From contig OZ242311.1 of the NCBI GenBank assembly GCA_965207885.1, forward strand, positions 5,824,001 to 5,888,000: DNA of 64,000 bases, in the 5' to 3' direction. The stretch is from Candidatus Latescibacterota bacterium. GTDB lineage: Bacteria; Latescibacterota; UBA2968. A program made the translations under genes and the position numbers. The notes below the pieces were generated by a model. It was not told the DNA's origin and searched no databases. It saw only the letters and a list, made by a program, of their open reading frames with translations. This document shows positions 40,457-50,199 of the stretch, in pieces; the stretch's first letter is position 1, and each line of letters opens with the position of its first letter.

Positions 40457-41398
40457 TTAAAAAATCCGCGTTAGAAATAGAGATAAAAATGCTTCGGCAT
40501 TGACGTGCATCGCGCAGTTGACGGGTTCTCCAAGACGATAGGGCGGAGGCAGGCCGCGGCGGTCTGTGACGACCTGGCCCATGGTGAGGTCGCCCGATGT
40601 TTCTATGTCGATGTACAGGGTTTCTGAGCGGAGGAGTTCGGGTGCGATGGCCGCGCCTACGGCGAGTGGGTCGTGCAGGTACACGATTGGCTCGCGTTCG
40701 AGTTGTCGATAGAGTGCGAATACGTTTTGTACGGCATCGACGACGAATTGAGATGCGACTGTTTTCAGAGATGCGATCTGGTTTTCGATATCTGTTTCGG
40801 ATAATACGACCTGACGCGTTGCGTCTAATGGTACGATCAGAAGTGCCGCGTCCGAATGGACGACTATCTGGGCAGCGTGAGGGTCGGCGTAAAAGTTGAA
40901 TTCTGCGACGGGTGTTGAGTTGCCCGTTTCTGCAATGGCGCCGCCCATTACGATGACCTGTTTGGCTTTTTGAAGCGTTCCCGGCTGGCGCTGTTCTGCC
41001 AGTGCCAGATTTGTCAGGGGTCCGACGGCTATTATTGTGATTTCGCCCGGTTGGTCGGATAGGGTTTGCACGAGGAAATCAACCGCATTGCCACGCACGT
41101 CCAGGGCGGGTTCTGGCAATACGGCTTGTCCCATGCCGCTTTCGCCATGGACTTCGGTTGCAAATACGGGGTCGCGTTTTAAGGGCTGGTCCGCGCCTGC
41201 GAAGACGGGTATTTCTGTGCGGTCCAATAGTTGCAATAATCCCTGTGCGTTGCGCGTGCCGGTGTTGAGAGGGACGTTGCCGCTTACTGTGCAGATGCCT
41301 ATTACATCGAGTTCCGGAGATCCCAATGCCAGCATGATGGCCAGCGCGTCATCCACGCCGGGGTCGGTGTCTAAGATGATGGGTTGTTTTGTCGCCAT
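40457..41398 (-). CDS. Inosine/uridine-preferring nucleoside hydrolase
   Basis: IILDTDPGVDDA, GPLTNLA, MGG, AEFNFYADPHAA, LHDP. Confidence 0.95.
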   Translation of the reverse strand: MATKQPIILDTDPGVDDALAIMLALGSPELDVIGICTVSGNVPLNTGTRNAQGLLQLLDRTEIPVFAGADQPLKRDPVFATEVHGESGMGQAVLPEPALDVRGNAVDFLVQTLSDQPGEITIIAVGPLTNLALAEQRQPGTLQKAKQVIVMGGAIAETGNSTPVAEFNFYADPHAAQIVVHSDAALLIVPLDATRQVVLSETDIENQIASLKTVASQFVVDAVQNVFALYRQLEREPIVYLHDPLAVGAAIAPELLRSETLYIDIETSGDLTMGQVVTDRRGLPPPYRLGEPVNCAMHVNAEAFLSLFLTRIF

Positions 41399-41402
41399 AT
41401 CA

Positions 41403-42917
41403 CTAAATCCCATACAACGGTTCGTACTTTGCCCTGAGATGCCGCATCAAGGGTTCATGGCTCAGGGGTTTTCCGGTTACGACTTCGATGAGTTCATTTG
41501 CGCGATAGCGTTGGCCTTGAGAATAGATTTTTTCCGTTAGCCAGTTCTTCAGGGGTTCAAATACGCCTTCGGCAAATTGTGCATTCAGGTCGCCTACTTC
41601 CTGGCGCGCTTGTTCAAAGAATTGCGCGGCGTACAAGTTGCCCAGGGCATAGGTTGGAAAGTACCCTATCCCTCCGCCGCTCCAGTGTATGTCTTGCAAA
41701 CACCCCAGGGCATCGTCCGGGGGTGTTAGTCCCAGATATTTTTCAAATGTTTCGTTCCAGACGCCGGGGACGTCTTCGGCTTTTAATCCGCCATTGATCA
41801 GTGCTTGTTCGAGTTCAAAGCGCAGCATGATGTGCAAATTGTACGTGGCTTCGTCGGCTTCTACGCGGATATATGAGGGGGCGACGGCGTTGATTGCGGC
41901 GTAGAAGTCGCGTTCGGATACGTCGTTTAGTGCGTCTGGGAATGCGGCTTGCACTTTGGGGTAGAAGTGTGCCCAAAATGCTTCACTGCGGCCGACGAAG
42001 TTTTCCCACATGCGCGATTGCGATTCGTGTATGCCCAGGGATACAGATCCTCCCATGGGCGTGCCGTAATGTTCGTCGTTTAAGCCCTGGTCGTATATGC
42101 CGTGGCCCGCTTCGTGCATGATGCTGAAGAATGATTCGGAAAAGAAGTGTGTGTTATACCGCGTGGTCAGGCGGGTGTCGCCCGGTCCAATGCCGCTGCA
42201 AAATGGGTGGGTGGTGATGTCTAAGCGCCCGTTGTCAAAGTTGAAACCGATTTGTGCGGCGGCGGTTTTTCCAAATTCTTCTTGTTGGTCTATGGGATAT
42301 GTGCGCGTTAGAATATTTTCATCGGGTTTTTTGCCGGATTCGGCGATTGCACCCACGAGTTCGACGAGTTCGTCGCGCAGGCCCGAGAAGACCCGGGTCA
42401 GGTTTTCAGTGGTTTCGCCGGGTTCGTAGTCGTCTAATAACGTGTCGTAAGATGTTTCGCCCGTGTTCAGCGCATTTACTTGTTGATGTTTCAGGTCGAG
42501 GATCTTTGTGAGGTGGGGTTGGAACAGGGCGTAATCCGATTTTTCGCGGGCTTCTCGCCATACTTGCTGCGAGATGGTGGCTACGCGGGCGAGTTCTTCG
42601 ACGAGGGACCGGGGCAGTTTGATAGCCCGATCGTAGTCCCGGCGGAGTTCTCGTATGTTGATTGCGGCTTCGGAATGCGGTTCGGAGATGAGGTCGCTGT
42701 TTTCTATTTCTGTGAGATAGTCGCCGATTTGAGGGGCGGTTGCACGTTCGTGTATCATGCCGGTGAGTAGTGCGAGTTGCTCGGCGCGATGCCCGGCTCC
42801 GCCTTTGGGCATGTAGGTCTGTTTGTCCCAGCCCAATACACCGGCACAGGATCCCAGGAGGGAAATTTGTTTTATTTCTGCAATCAATTTCTGATATGTG
42901 GATTCGACATCGGCCAT
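41403..42917 (-). CDS. Carboxypeptidase, family M32
   Basis: HPF, HEAGH, IHESQSR..EN, IRVEADE.TY, GCLQDIHW, GYFPTYALG. Confidence 0.95.
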   Translation of the reverse strand: MADVESTYQKLIAEIKQISLLGSCAGVLGWDKQTYMPKGGAGHRAEQLALLTGMIHERATAPQIGDYLTEIENSDLISEPHSEAAINIRELRRDYDRAIKLPRSLVEELARVATISQQVWREAREKSDYALFQPHLTKILDLKHQQVNALNTGETSYDTLLDDYEPGETTENLTRVFSGLRDELVELVGAIAESGKKPDENILTRTYPIDQQEEFGKTAAAQIGFNFDNGRLDITTHPFCSGIGPGDTRLTTRYNTHFFSESFFSIMHEAGHGIYDQGLNDEHYGTPMGGSVSLGIHESQSRMWENFVGRSEAFWAHFYPKVQAAFPDALNDVSERDFYAAINAVAPSYIRVEADEATYNLHIMLRFELEQALINGGLKAEDVPGVWNETFEKYLGLTPPDDALGCLQDIHWSGGGIGYFPTYALGNLYAAQFFEQARQEVGDLNAQFAEGVFEPLKNWLTEKIYSQGQRYRANELIEVVTGKPLSHEPLMRHLRAKYEPLYGI

Positions 42918-43160
42918 TTTTGCTCCTTGTGATGGTTTTTCAATGCGATGCACAGTAGGACAAAATCTACGTGCCTTCCATGCACCCGTCAAGCTCAAAC
43001 ACGGTTCTTCAAGTATCCGTCGCGCCTCTGATCTTAAAAGCAGGATATTTGAGCGCACAATCAGAAAAGCACTTGAAAGAAGACACAATTCTGAGTATGC
43101 TTTGTGAGGCTTGTCTTGTTATGAGGCGCATGCTATGCTTTCGATGGCGGAAAGAGATGT

Positions 43161-43919
43161 ATGAAAAATAATCGCGATATTATCCAGGCACTTGTCGATG
43201 CGTTTCCAACAGAACCCGTGTGTGTGGCTGATGCGCTGTCGGATGGGCGGTTTTTTCTGGATGAGAAATACGATGCGCTGTCCCGGCGGCTCGGTGAGGT
43301 GTTCTGGTTGCCGGTGTCACATGCTTATGTCGTGTTCTGTTATGCGTATAGTGCGCTGTTTGGCATTCCAGATTTTACGCGTGAAGCCCTGATGCGGCAG
43401 CCCGATCGGTTTTCGCAGAAGCGTTTGGCACTGACGATTCGCTCGACGAGTGGCTTTGTGCTCGATGGTTTTGGCTATGACCGCCGCACGGAGCGGTATC
43501 GCAAAGATATTTATTGGCCCGGTCCGGTTATTCGCACTGTGCATGTGGAGAGTCCCAGGCACAATAAGGCGCGGATTTCCAATCCGGCAATGGCGTATTT
43601 TGGGTATCATCTCATCCGCGCAGCGGAATGGCTTTCTGTACATTGCAAGGATGCGGATTTTTCCAGAGAACGTCGTCGGCACTATGATTTTGTTGGTGAC
43701 TTTTTCCGCACGGCTGATTATCCTTTCCCTGTGGATCGCGGAGAGGCGAGGGAGTTTTCGAGACAGGTTGATGGGTTGCTCGCCGGAGATGACTGTGCGG
43801 ATTGCTGGCACAACATCCGTCATGCGGCGAGAGATCTGGACGTGGATCTCGATCTCGAAGATCTCGCGTCTTTTCTGCCCAGACGCACGGGTGCGTTTTT
43901 TAGACAGGTTATTTTTTAA
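43161..43919 (+). CDS. Hypothetical protein, possibly MpaB/DUF2236 oxygenase-like
   Basis: Intact 252-aa ORF. The IRTVH…ISNPAMAY pattern is only weakly reminiscent of that family. Confidence 0.5.
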   Translation: MKNNRDIIQALVDAFPTEPVCVADALSDGRFFLDEKYDALSRRLGEVFWLPVSHAYVVFCYAYSALFGIPDFTREALMRQPDRFSQKRLALTIRSTSGFVLDGFGYDRRTERYRKDIYWPGPVIRTVHVESPRHNKARISNPAMAYFGYHLIRAAEWLSVHCKDADFSRERRRHYDFVGDFFRTADYPFPVDRGEAREFSRQVDGLLAGDDCADCWHNIRHAARDLDVDLDLEDLASFLPRRTGAFFRQVIF

Positions 43920-44011
43920 TTGAGTTATAATGTAGGAGGCATGATATGTCGAAGAGCCTCTTTAACAAGGTCGCTCATTCTCTCTTTACTCTCTTCAAAA
44001 GGAGGCGTCAC

Positions 44012-44251
44012 ATGGCCCGGATAGAAATTGAATATTGTGCATCTTGAGGCTATGAACCACAATCCGTCGGGATGACGGATCAAATTGTCAATGCGTTTAA
44101 GCAGGATATCGAAGCTATTACCCTGATTCCGTCCAGCGGTGGTCGCTTTGAGGTTACGGTTGATGGCGAACTGGTGTTCTCAAAACTCAAGGAGAAACGC
44201 TTTCCCGAATACGAGGAAATTCAACCGCATATTCAAAGTCGGATTTCGTGA
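44012..44251 (+). CDS. SelW/SelT/SelH (Rdx) family selenoprotein, 79 aa, Sec at codon 12
   Basis: AGGAGG SD. MARIEIEYCAS-[TGA 44045]-GYEPQ…TLIPSSGGRFEVTVDGELVFSK…RFP gives a CxxU motif plus the canonical Rdx C-terminal motif. Missed by the ORF track. Confidence 0.92.
44048..44085 (+). promoter_or_regulatory. Bacterial SECIS element
   Basis: ATCCGTC-GGGAT-GACGGAT (44062-44080). The G-containing loop lies ~22 nt downstream of the in-frame UGA. Confidence 0.75.
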
Positions 44252-44312
44252 ATTGGGGATGCAGGAAATAAATGAGCCGGGGTAAAAAAACTCCGGCTCA
44301 AAGGAGGCTTTC

Positions 44313-45350
44313 ATGAGCGATCTCAATGTCGGCATTGTTGGACTCGGCTGGGTAGCTGGGGCGCATATTGATACGTTTAAGGCGGTCAATGGTGCAAATG
44401 TCACGGCGATATGTTCTCGCCGGGATCACAACGAAGATGATCTTGCAGCAGAATACGGCACGCCTTTGAAGGCGTATAAGAATTACGATGAGATGATCGC
44501 AGATCCCGATATTCATATTATCGATATTTGCACGCCGCACAAATTTCACGCCGATCAAGCGGTTGCGGCTGCCGAGGCGGGCAAACACTTGCTGATCGAA
44601 AAGCCTATATGTCTGTCTTATGAGGATCTCAAACGGGTGCGCGATGCGATTGTAGCAGCCGGTGTGCAATCATGTGTGTGTTTTGAGTGTCGCTTTAGTG
44701 CGCACTTTTCTATGATCCGCTCGATTATTGACGAGGGGTTGCTCGGCGAGTTGCACTATGGCGAGGTTGATTACTACCACGGGATTGGTCCCTGGTATGG
44801 TCAATTTGAATGGAATGTGAAGAAGGATTTTGCCGGGTCGAGTTTGCTCACCGCGGGGTGTCACGCCCTGGATGCGTGTCTGTTTTTCATGGATGGCGAT
44901 GTGGAGGAGGTGACCAGTCTGGCGACGAGATCGAGGTCCGAGATTTTTGAGCCTTATGAATACGATACCACCACGGTTTCTCTTCTCAAATTTGCCAATG
45001 GGAATGCGGCGAAGGTGACGTCGTGTGTCGATTGCTTGCAGCCCTATTATTTTCATATTCATCTCGTGGGTTCCGAAGGCAGCTTGCTGGATAATCGGAT
45101 CTATTCGCACAAGTTGCACGGTATGAGCAAAGAGAGGTGGAGTACGCTCGAGACATCGCTGATTGATTCTGGCGATGTGGCAGATCATCCCTATGAGCCG
45201 CAGTTCCAGGCTTTTGTGGATGGTATTAATGCCAATGAGCCGATGGAGCGCACGAATTTTGATATTGCTTTTGAGACCCACCGCGTCAATTTTGCCGCTG
45301 ATCTTTCGGCGTCGGAGGGCCGCACGGTCAATCTTTCGGAATTTGATTGA
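44313..45350 (+). CDS. Gfo/Idh/MocA family oxidoreductase
   Basis: [32 protein letters not shown]. Confidence 0.92.
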   Translation: MSDLNVGIVGLGWVAGAHIDTFKAVNGANVTAICSRRDHNEDDLAAEYGTPLKAYKNYDEMIADPDIHIIDICTPHKFHADQAVAAAEAGKHLLIEKPICLSYEDLKRVRDAIVAAGVQSCVCFECRFSAHFSMIRSIIDEGLLGELHYGEVDYYHGIGPWYGQFEWNVKKDFAGSSLLTAGCHALDACLFFMDGDVEEVTSLATRSRSEIFEPYEYDTTTVSLLKFANGNAAKVTSCVDCLQPYYFHIHLVGSEGSLLDNRIYSHKLHGMSKERWSTLETSLIDSGDVADHPYEPQFQAFVDGINANEPMERTNFDIAFETHRVNFAADLSASEGRTVNLSEFD

Positions 45351-45370
45351 TGGGATGATGAGAATCGCAG

Positions 45371-45406
45371 AAACCCACTCGCGAGGATGGCGGGTGGGTT
45401 TTTTTT
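45371..45406. terminator. Terminator between convergent genes
   Basis: AAACCCACTCGC…GCGGGTGGGTTTTTTTT. Confidence 0.75.
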
Positions 45407-46175
45407 ATTTTTGCGAGAGATTAAAGAGCAGGATGCCGGTTGCGACTGCGATGTTGAGCGATTCGACCGGGGCGGCCATGGGTATGGTGACGGTGTGGTC
45501 GGATAGAGGGAGGAGGGCGGGGTCGATGCCAAAGGCTTCGTTGCCGAGGAGGAGGGCAACGGGTTTTTTGGTTTGGAGATTGTGGAAGGAGATGCCGCTG
45601 GTGTGTGCTGCGATGATCCGGATGTTGCGCTGGCGGAGTTGGTGTAACAGGGCGGGTCCGTCCTGGAGGGGGAAGACGGGCATGCGAAAGATGGCGCCCA
45701 TGGTGGCGCGCACGACTTTGGGGTTATAGATTTCGACCGATCCGCGGGTGAGAAAGATGCCTTTGCATCCGGCGGCTTCGGCTGTTCGCATGATGACGCC
45801 CAGGTTGCCAGGGTCAGAGACGCGGTCGAGGATGAGGAATGGGCCATTGGTGTTGAGGACGGTTTTGGGATCATAGGTGGGCATTGATACCACGCCGAGT
45901 ACGCCTTGCGGTGTGTCGGTGTCTGACATGTGTTTGAAGGCGCGCCAGTCGGTTTGCTGGATGGGGATGCGTTGTGCAAGGGTCGTCTGGTAGAGGTTTT
46001 CGAGGCGTGTGTTGCGGGCGATGCTTTCGCGGCAGAAGATGAGTTGTTCGAGGGTGTCACTGCTTTTGAGTGCTTCTTCGCAGAGGCGGATGCCCTCTAT
46101 GAGGTATTTTTGTTCTGCCTGACGCATTTTGCGGCGTTTCAGGTTCAGTATTTTTTTGGCGTTTTTGATGGCCAT
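45405..46175 (-). CDS. SpoU/TrmH-family RNA methyltransferase
   Basis: IEG.RL, TPQGV, DPGNLGVIMRTA.A.G, GNEAFG, IPM…ESLNIAVA. Confidence 0.93.
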   Translation of the reverse strand: MAIKNAKKILNLKRRKMRQAEQKYLIEGIRLCEEALKSSDTLEQLIFCRESIARNTRLENLYQTTLAQRIPIQQTDWRAFKHMSDTDTPQGVLGVVSMPTYDPKTVLNTNGPFLILDRVSDPGNLGVIMRTAEAAGCKGIFLTRGSVEIYNPKVVRATMGAIFRMPVFPLQDGPALLHQLRQRNIRIIAAHTSGISFHNLQTKKPVALLLGNEAFGIDPALLPLSDHTVTIPMAAPVESLNIAVATGILLFNLSQK

Positions 46176-46178
46176 GGG

Positions 46179-46328
46179 CTATGGGGTGTGGTTTTTGGTG
46201 ATGGTGGCGCGCAGTTCACGCAGTTCTTCCCATATTGCTTTTTCGCGTTTGGACAGGCTTAAGAAGTAGAGCAGGATGGCGACCCATATTATGATGTACG
46301 CCGCGGTCATGTATTCGAGGTGTTGCAT
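46179..46328 (-). CDS. ccmD: Heme exporter protein D (49 aa)
   Basis: MQHLEYMTAAYIIIWVAILLYFLSLSKREKAIWEELRELR…, directly after ccmC with a GGAGG SD. Below the ORF-track cutoff. Confidence 0.8.
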   Translation of the reverse strand: MQHLEYMTAAYIIIWVAILLYFLSLSKREKAIWEELRELRATITKNHTP

Positions 46329-46346
46329 AAGTTCCTCCGGAAAAAA

Positions 46347-47024
46347 TCATATTTCGGCTTTGAGTGATTCGAGTTCGTCTTGTGCTTTTGCGAGTGATAC
46401 GCGCTTGAAGAGCAGGGCGAAAAAGAGCGCGAAGAAGGTGATGACGCAAAAGAAAAAAGCGATTTTCATGTCGGGTGGCAGGCTGATTTCTTCGCCGCGA
46501 ACCACTTCGGGATGGTGCGTGCGCCACAGTTTGGTGGCGTAGTGGATGAAGGGTACGTTGAGGAAGCCGATTATGCCGAGTACTGCGCGATAGCGCGCAC
46601 TTTGAACTGCGTCTTCGATGTAGGTGCGCAACATGTGATACGCCGCGAGAATGAGCCAGAGTATGAGGGTGAGGGTGAGTTGTGCATCCCAGACCCACCA
46701 CGCGCCCCAGATGGGTTTTGCCCAGATCGCGCCTGTGATTAAGACCAGGGTGCCAAAGAGCAAGCTCACTTCGGCTGAACACGCCGCCCATAAGTCGCAG
46801 TTTTTGTCGCGTTTCCAGAGATAGAAGATGCTAAAGACGAAGCAGAGAAAGCTTCCCAAGAACATTGAGAAAGCAGATGGGACGTGGTAGTAGAAGATTT
46901 TTTGTGCCAGTCCCATTTCTTTTTCTATTCCGGCGTAAATGAATACCAGATAGGGCGCGATAGATAGGCAGATGAGCGCGAGAATGCCGAAGACAAATGG
47001 AAGGATGTAGGGTTTTTGGGGCAT
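46347..47024 (-). CDS. ccmC: Heme exporter protein C
   Basis: KIFYYHVP.A, TGAIWAKPIWGAWWVWD, W.T.HP. Confidence 0.95.
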   Translation of the reverse strand: MPQKPYILPFVFGILALICLSIAPYLVFIYAGIEKEMGLAQKIFYYHVPSAFSMFLGSFLCFVFSIFYLWKRDKNCDLWAACSAEVSLLFGTLVLITGAIWAKPIWGAWWVWDAQLTLTLILWLILAAYHMLRTYIEDAVQSARYRAVLGIIGFLNVPFIHYATKLWRTHHPEVVRGEEISLPPDMKIAFFFCVITFFALFFALLFKRVSLAKAQDELESLKAEI

Positions 47025-47026
47025 TG

Positions 47027-47698
47027 TCAATCCTCCAGGACATATTCGAATAAGAGCAGGCATGCGGCGATGTAGAGTGTGACAAAGGCTCCGCTGAGCA
47101 CGAGCCAGTCTGTGATTTCACTGCCTTCGAGAACTGCGCGAAAGGATTCGATGGCTGCGAGAAGTGCCGGGATGAAAATGGGCAGTGTGAGCAGGGGCAA
47201 GAAGGCTTCTCGCAGTCGGGTGTTGAGCGACATTGCAGAGAAGAGGGTGCCAATGGCTGCAAGACCGAGGGTGCCCAGCAAGATGGGCAGAATTAGACGC
47301 GGGAGTGCTTGTGCGATTTGCAGGTTGAGGAAGATGACGATGATGGGCAAGATGAGTGCCTGGAGTATGAGCATGGTGAGGATGTTGCCCAGCATTTTGC
47401 CCAAAAAGATCGCGCCCGGGTCCGCAGGTGTGAGGCGCAGTCCCATCAGGCAGTCATTTTGTGTTTCGATGGCATAAGATCTGCTCAGGCCCAGTAGCCC
47501 TGCAAAAGCTGTGGCGATCCAGAAGATGCCGGGGGCTACGGTTTTTATGATTGGCGATCCGGGTTCATATGTAAAATTGAAGATGATGACGACCAGAAAT
47601 GCGAAGAAGGCCATGGCGCTGAGGCGTTCTCTGGTGCGCCATTCGGTTTTGAGATCTTTTTGGAGAATGGCGAGGGTTTGTGTGAAGAAAAGAGGCAT
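47027..47698 (-). CDS. ccmB: Heme exporter protein B
   Basis: KDLKTEWR, PGIFW…FAGLLGL.R, IFLGK, LLTLPIFIP. Confidence 0.92.
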   Translation of the reverse strand: MPLFFTQTLAILQKDLKTEWRTRERLSAMAFFAFLVVIIFNFTYEPGSPIIKTVAPGIFWIATAFAGLLGLSRSYAIETQNDCLMGLRLTPADPGAIFLGKMLGNILTMLILQALILPIIVIFLNLQIAQALPRLILPILLGTLGLAAIGTLFSAMSLNTRLREAFLPLLTLPIFIPALLAAIESFRAVLEGSEITDWLVLSGAFVTLYIAACLLLFEYVLED

Positions 47699-47700
47699 TT

Positions 47701-48411
47701 TCAAAGGGTGGTTTTGTTTTCGTAGAGGGTTTGCAATTCGGATTCACTGATGTCTTTTGTCGATGCTTCGTGTACCAATTGGCCCTGGAAGAGGATGCCA
47801 AAGCGGTCTGCGAGTGCGAGGCCCCGCGCGAGGTCGTGTGTGACCAGGAAAATGGTGCGTCCTTCTGCTTTGAGGGTGGTGATTATGCTGGATAATACCG
47901 ACTGAGCCGATGTATCGAGGCCGGTGAAGGGTTCGTCGAGCAGGAGGATCGATGGGTGGTGTAAGATGGCCCGGGCAATGGCCAATCGCTGTTTCATGCC
48001 CCGTGAGAATTTTTGTATCCGATCGCGCTGGCGATTTTTCAGGCCAGCGGCGAGGAGGACTTCTTCAATGCGGGTATTGAGGTTTTGGAGACCGTACATG
48101 CGTCCGTAAAATGCGAGGTTTTCACGCGCCGTGAGGTCGTCGTAGAGCATGGTTTGATGCGAGATAAATCCGATGTTTTTTCGTATTTCATGCGGGTTGC
48201 GCCGGGTGTCTATACCGCTGACCCAGATGTCGCCCGATGATGGTTTTGATAGTGTGGCGATAAGGCGCAACAGGGTTGTTTTGCCCGCTCCGTTTGGGCC
48301 AAAGAGTGCAAATATACATCCCGTTGGTACGGTGAGGTTTATGTTTTGCAGGGCCGTGATATGACCAAAACGGCGGGTTGTGTTCTGTATGTCGATGGCC
48401 GATGTGTTCAT
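47701..48411 (-). CDS. ccmA: Heme ABC exporter ATP-binding protein
   Basis: GPNGAGKTT, FSRGMKQR, LLDEPFTGLD. Adjacent to ccmB. Confidence 0.9.
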   Translation of the reverse strand: MNTSAIDIQNTTRRFGHITALQNINLTVPTGCIFALFGPNGAGKTTLLRLIATLSKPSSGDIWVSGIDTRRNPHEIRKNIGFISHQTMLYDDLTARENLAFYGRMYGLQNLNTRIEEVLLAAGLKNRQRDRIQKFSRGMKQRLAIARAILHHPSILLLDEPFTGLDTSAQSVLSSIITTLKAEGRTIFLVTHDLARGLALADRFGILFQGQLVHEASTKDISESELQTLYENKTTL

Positions 48412-49439
48412 TAGTTGCTATCTGACAGATCAATGACTTCGGCTTTGAGGGCATTGCGCCTGTTTTTGTAATCGTCTTCTGAGAGTTCGCCGCTTTCATA
48501 TCGCTCGTCGAGGTCGGCGATTTGTTCGAGCAGTATTGTGCGCCGATTGGGCACTGTTTTGAGCGTGCGCATGTACAGGACGAGGATTGCGACGACGACC
48601 ATACTGGCAGCAGCGATCCATATTGGGGTTTGTAAGTTGGATGCGGTCTCGGGCGATGAGAGTGCGATGTCGATCTGTGTGCCGGGCGCGAGTTGTTCGG
48701 CGCCAAAGCGCCGAAAGACATTGGTGCCCAATGTCACGTCCCCGAGGTCTCGAAGTACTGTTGTGGAGACGGGAGTATCAGTCGGCTGGACGAGCAAGTC
48801 CATGCCCGCGGTGGGATAAGTGATGCGTTGTGCGATGCGGTTGGACGGGGGTATGGAGAATGTGAAAAAGGTCTGGCTATTTCCGGGGATGATGGGACGC
48901 GGATCTACGAGTAATGTGCCGTGCAGGTGTACGCCTTGCGGTGCGCGGATAAAGTCGGTTACGCCGTCGGGCAGGGGTATTTCCAGGCCGTGACCGTGGT
49001 CGCCGCCCGTGAGGTAGGTGCGGTCGCCGTGGTTGTGGACGATGAAGATGTACGTGGCCGTGCCAGCCTGGGCGTCGAGGAGGATGTGGTGTGAAGATAG
49101 GGATATGGCGGTGTCGGATTCCGTGGTTTCAAATACGGGGATGTCAACGGTGTCGCCCGCGGGTGCCGGGTTGCCGGGATAGTCTATGCCGTTGTATCGG
49201 GCAAATAGCATGGGCGGTGGTTCGGCGCCCGGGTCTGAGGGAACGTCGAGGATGAATTGGCCTTTGCTGTCGGTGGTGTCGCGCATTACAGTGACGTCTC
49301 CAGTCTCATGGAGGATGTACGAGACTTCGACATCGGGTTCGGGACGGTTGAGGGTCTGGTTGATGACGCGACCCGTGAGCGCGAAGAGAGGGGTGGAAAT
49401 AAAAAGTATGAGAAATACCACATATGTCTGCCGTTCCAT
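48411..49439 (-). CDS. Ccm-associated periplasmic/membrane-anchored protein (carboxypeptidase-regulatory-like N domain; CcmI-like C-tail)
   Basis: Signal peptide, GRVIN.T…TTD..G.F, TM helix, LLEQIADLDERYESGELSEDDY. GGGAGA SD before ATG 49439. Confidence 0.7.
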   Translation of the reverse strand: MERQTYVVFLILFISTPLFALTGRVINQTLNRPEPDVEVSYILHETGDVTVMRDTTDSKGQFILDVPSDPGAEPPPMLFARYNGIDYPGNPAPAGDTVDIPVFETTESDTAISLSSHHILLDAQAGTATYIFIVHNHGDRTYLTGGDHGHGLEIPLPDGVTDFIRAPQGVHLHGTLLVDPRPIIPGNSQTFFTFSIPPSNRIAQRITYPTAGMDLLVQPTDTPVSTTVLRDLGDVTLGTNVFRRFGAEQLAPGTQIDIALSSPETASNLQTPIWIAAASMVVVAILVLYMRTLKTVPNRRTILLEQIADLDERYESGELSEDDYKNRRNALKAEVIDLSDSN

Positions 49440-49491
49440 GTATCTCCCTGTTTTTTGAAAATAGCGGTGTCCCTGTATTTCGTCATGCTTT

Positions 49492-49587
49492 GAATCATAC
49501 TCTAACCTACTCAATATCATCAACCTGCCCAAAACAGTCAATCTTTATTGATTCATCCACTGGCAGAGCATTCGTCGCGTGAACACA
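49492..49587 (-). pseudogene. ~95-bp duplicated fragment of the Rpn-family gene
   Basis: Aligns with 50369-50463 (encodes VLGRLMILSRLEYDS vs LLGRLMILSGLEYDS). Confidence 0.85.
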
Positions 49588-49649
49588 CGCAACACAATGA
49601 GTTTATTTTCGGACTTGTTCACTTTTGAAGTCACACATCGCGTTTACTC

Positions 49650-49717
49650 AATCCATAACTTCTGGCAAACAACAAAGGCTACGTCTTTCGAGGCGTAGCC
49701 TTTCTCATTTTCTTTTT
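49650..49717. repeat. Cassette-boundary hairpin repeat, copy 1
   Basis: AATCCATAACTTCTGGCAAACAACAAAGGCTACGTCTTTCGAGGCGTAGCCTTTCTCATT. Confidence 0.95.
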
Positions 49718-49724
49718 GTTCAAT

Positions 49725-49859
49725 CTATCCCATAACCTCTATTTTCACATCTCCAGTTGTGCCATCATAAGAAAGCCCAACAAGAACCATCATTGTTGGG
49801 CCTGATGCGATTAGGTCATCCGGATTCTCAAATCCTACTTTGGTAGATTTTGTTGGCAT
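49725..49859 (-). pseudogene. Truncated 44-aa ORF (probable N-terminus of the aspartyl-protease-like partner of DUF5678 genes)
   Basis: MPTKSTKVGFENPDDLIASGPTMMVLVG…, overlapping the upstream gene and ending right at repeat copy 1. The family assignment is inference. Confidence 0.4.
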
Positions 49860-50134
49860 TGTGCGCTCTCAAATTTAATAGTGGGAGCTGCACTCAAAAC
49901 TGTAGGTAATCCACTTCTGTATAGACTTTCTGGTGCTCCAACTTGAAGGATCAAGAAAACGCGGTCTCTGAATTTTTTGACAGCTTCGAGTATCGCTTCA
50001 TCCTCCGTATCAAAGACCCCATTGAGTTCACCTTCGTAGATAATGATCCACTTACCAAAGTGGTCAAGCTCAAGCCCTTCTTCGCACAATTTGTTGTACG
50101 CGGAAATTTCATCTTTAAGTGTCCTGGCCTTCAT
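49835..50134 (-). CDS. DUF5678-like small protein
   Basis: GKWIIIY.GE..GVFDT.DEA…A…F…FLILQVG. Confidence 0.65.
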   Translation of the reverse strand: MKARTLKDEISAYNKLCEEGLELDHFGKWIIIYEGELNGVFDTEDEAILEAVKKFRDRVFLILQVGAPESLYRSGLPTVLSAAPTIKFESAQCQQNLPK

Positions 50135-50199
50135 GGCTGCATCTCTCTTTGGGTTGGAGTATCTCTTTAAGATTTTTTACAATAGGTCTTCCATGATCT

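Noticed and set aside
49655-49705. Repeat resembles a tmRNA resume/tag region (ataact…gcaaacaac = ANNKGY…)
   Set aside because: No AA-stop tag ending, no tRNA-like ends, and no pseudoknot context.
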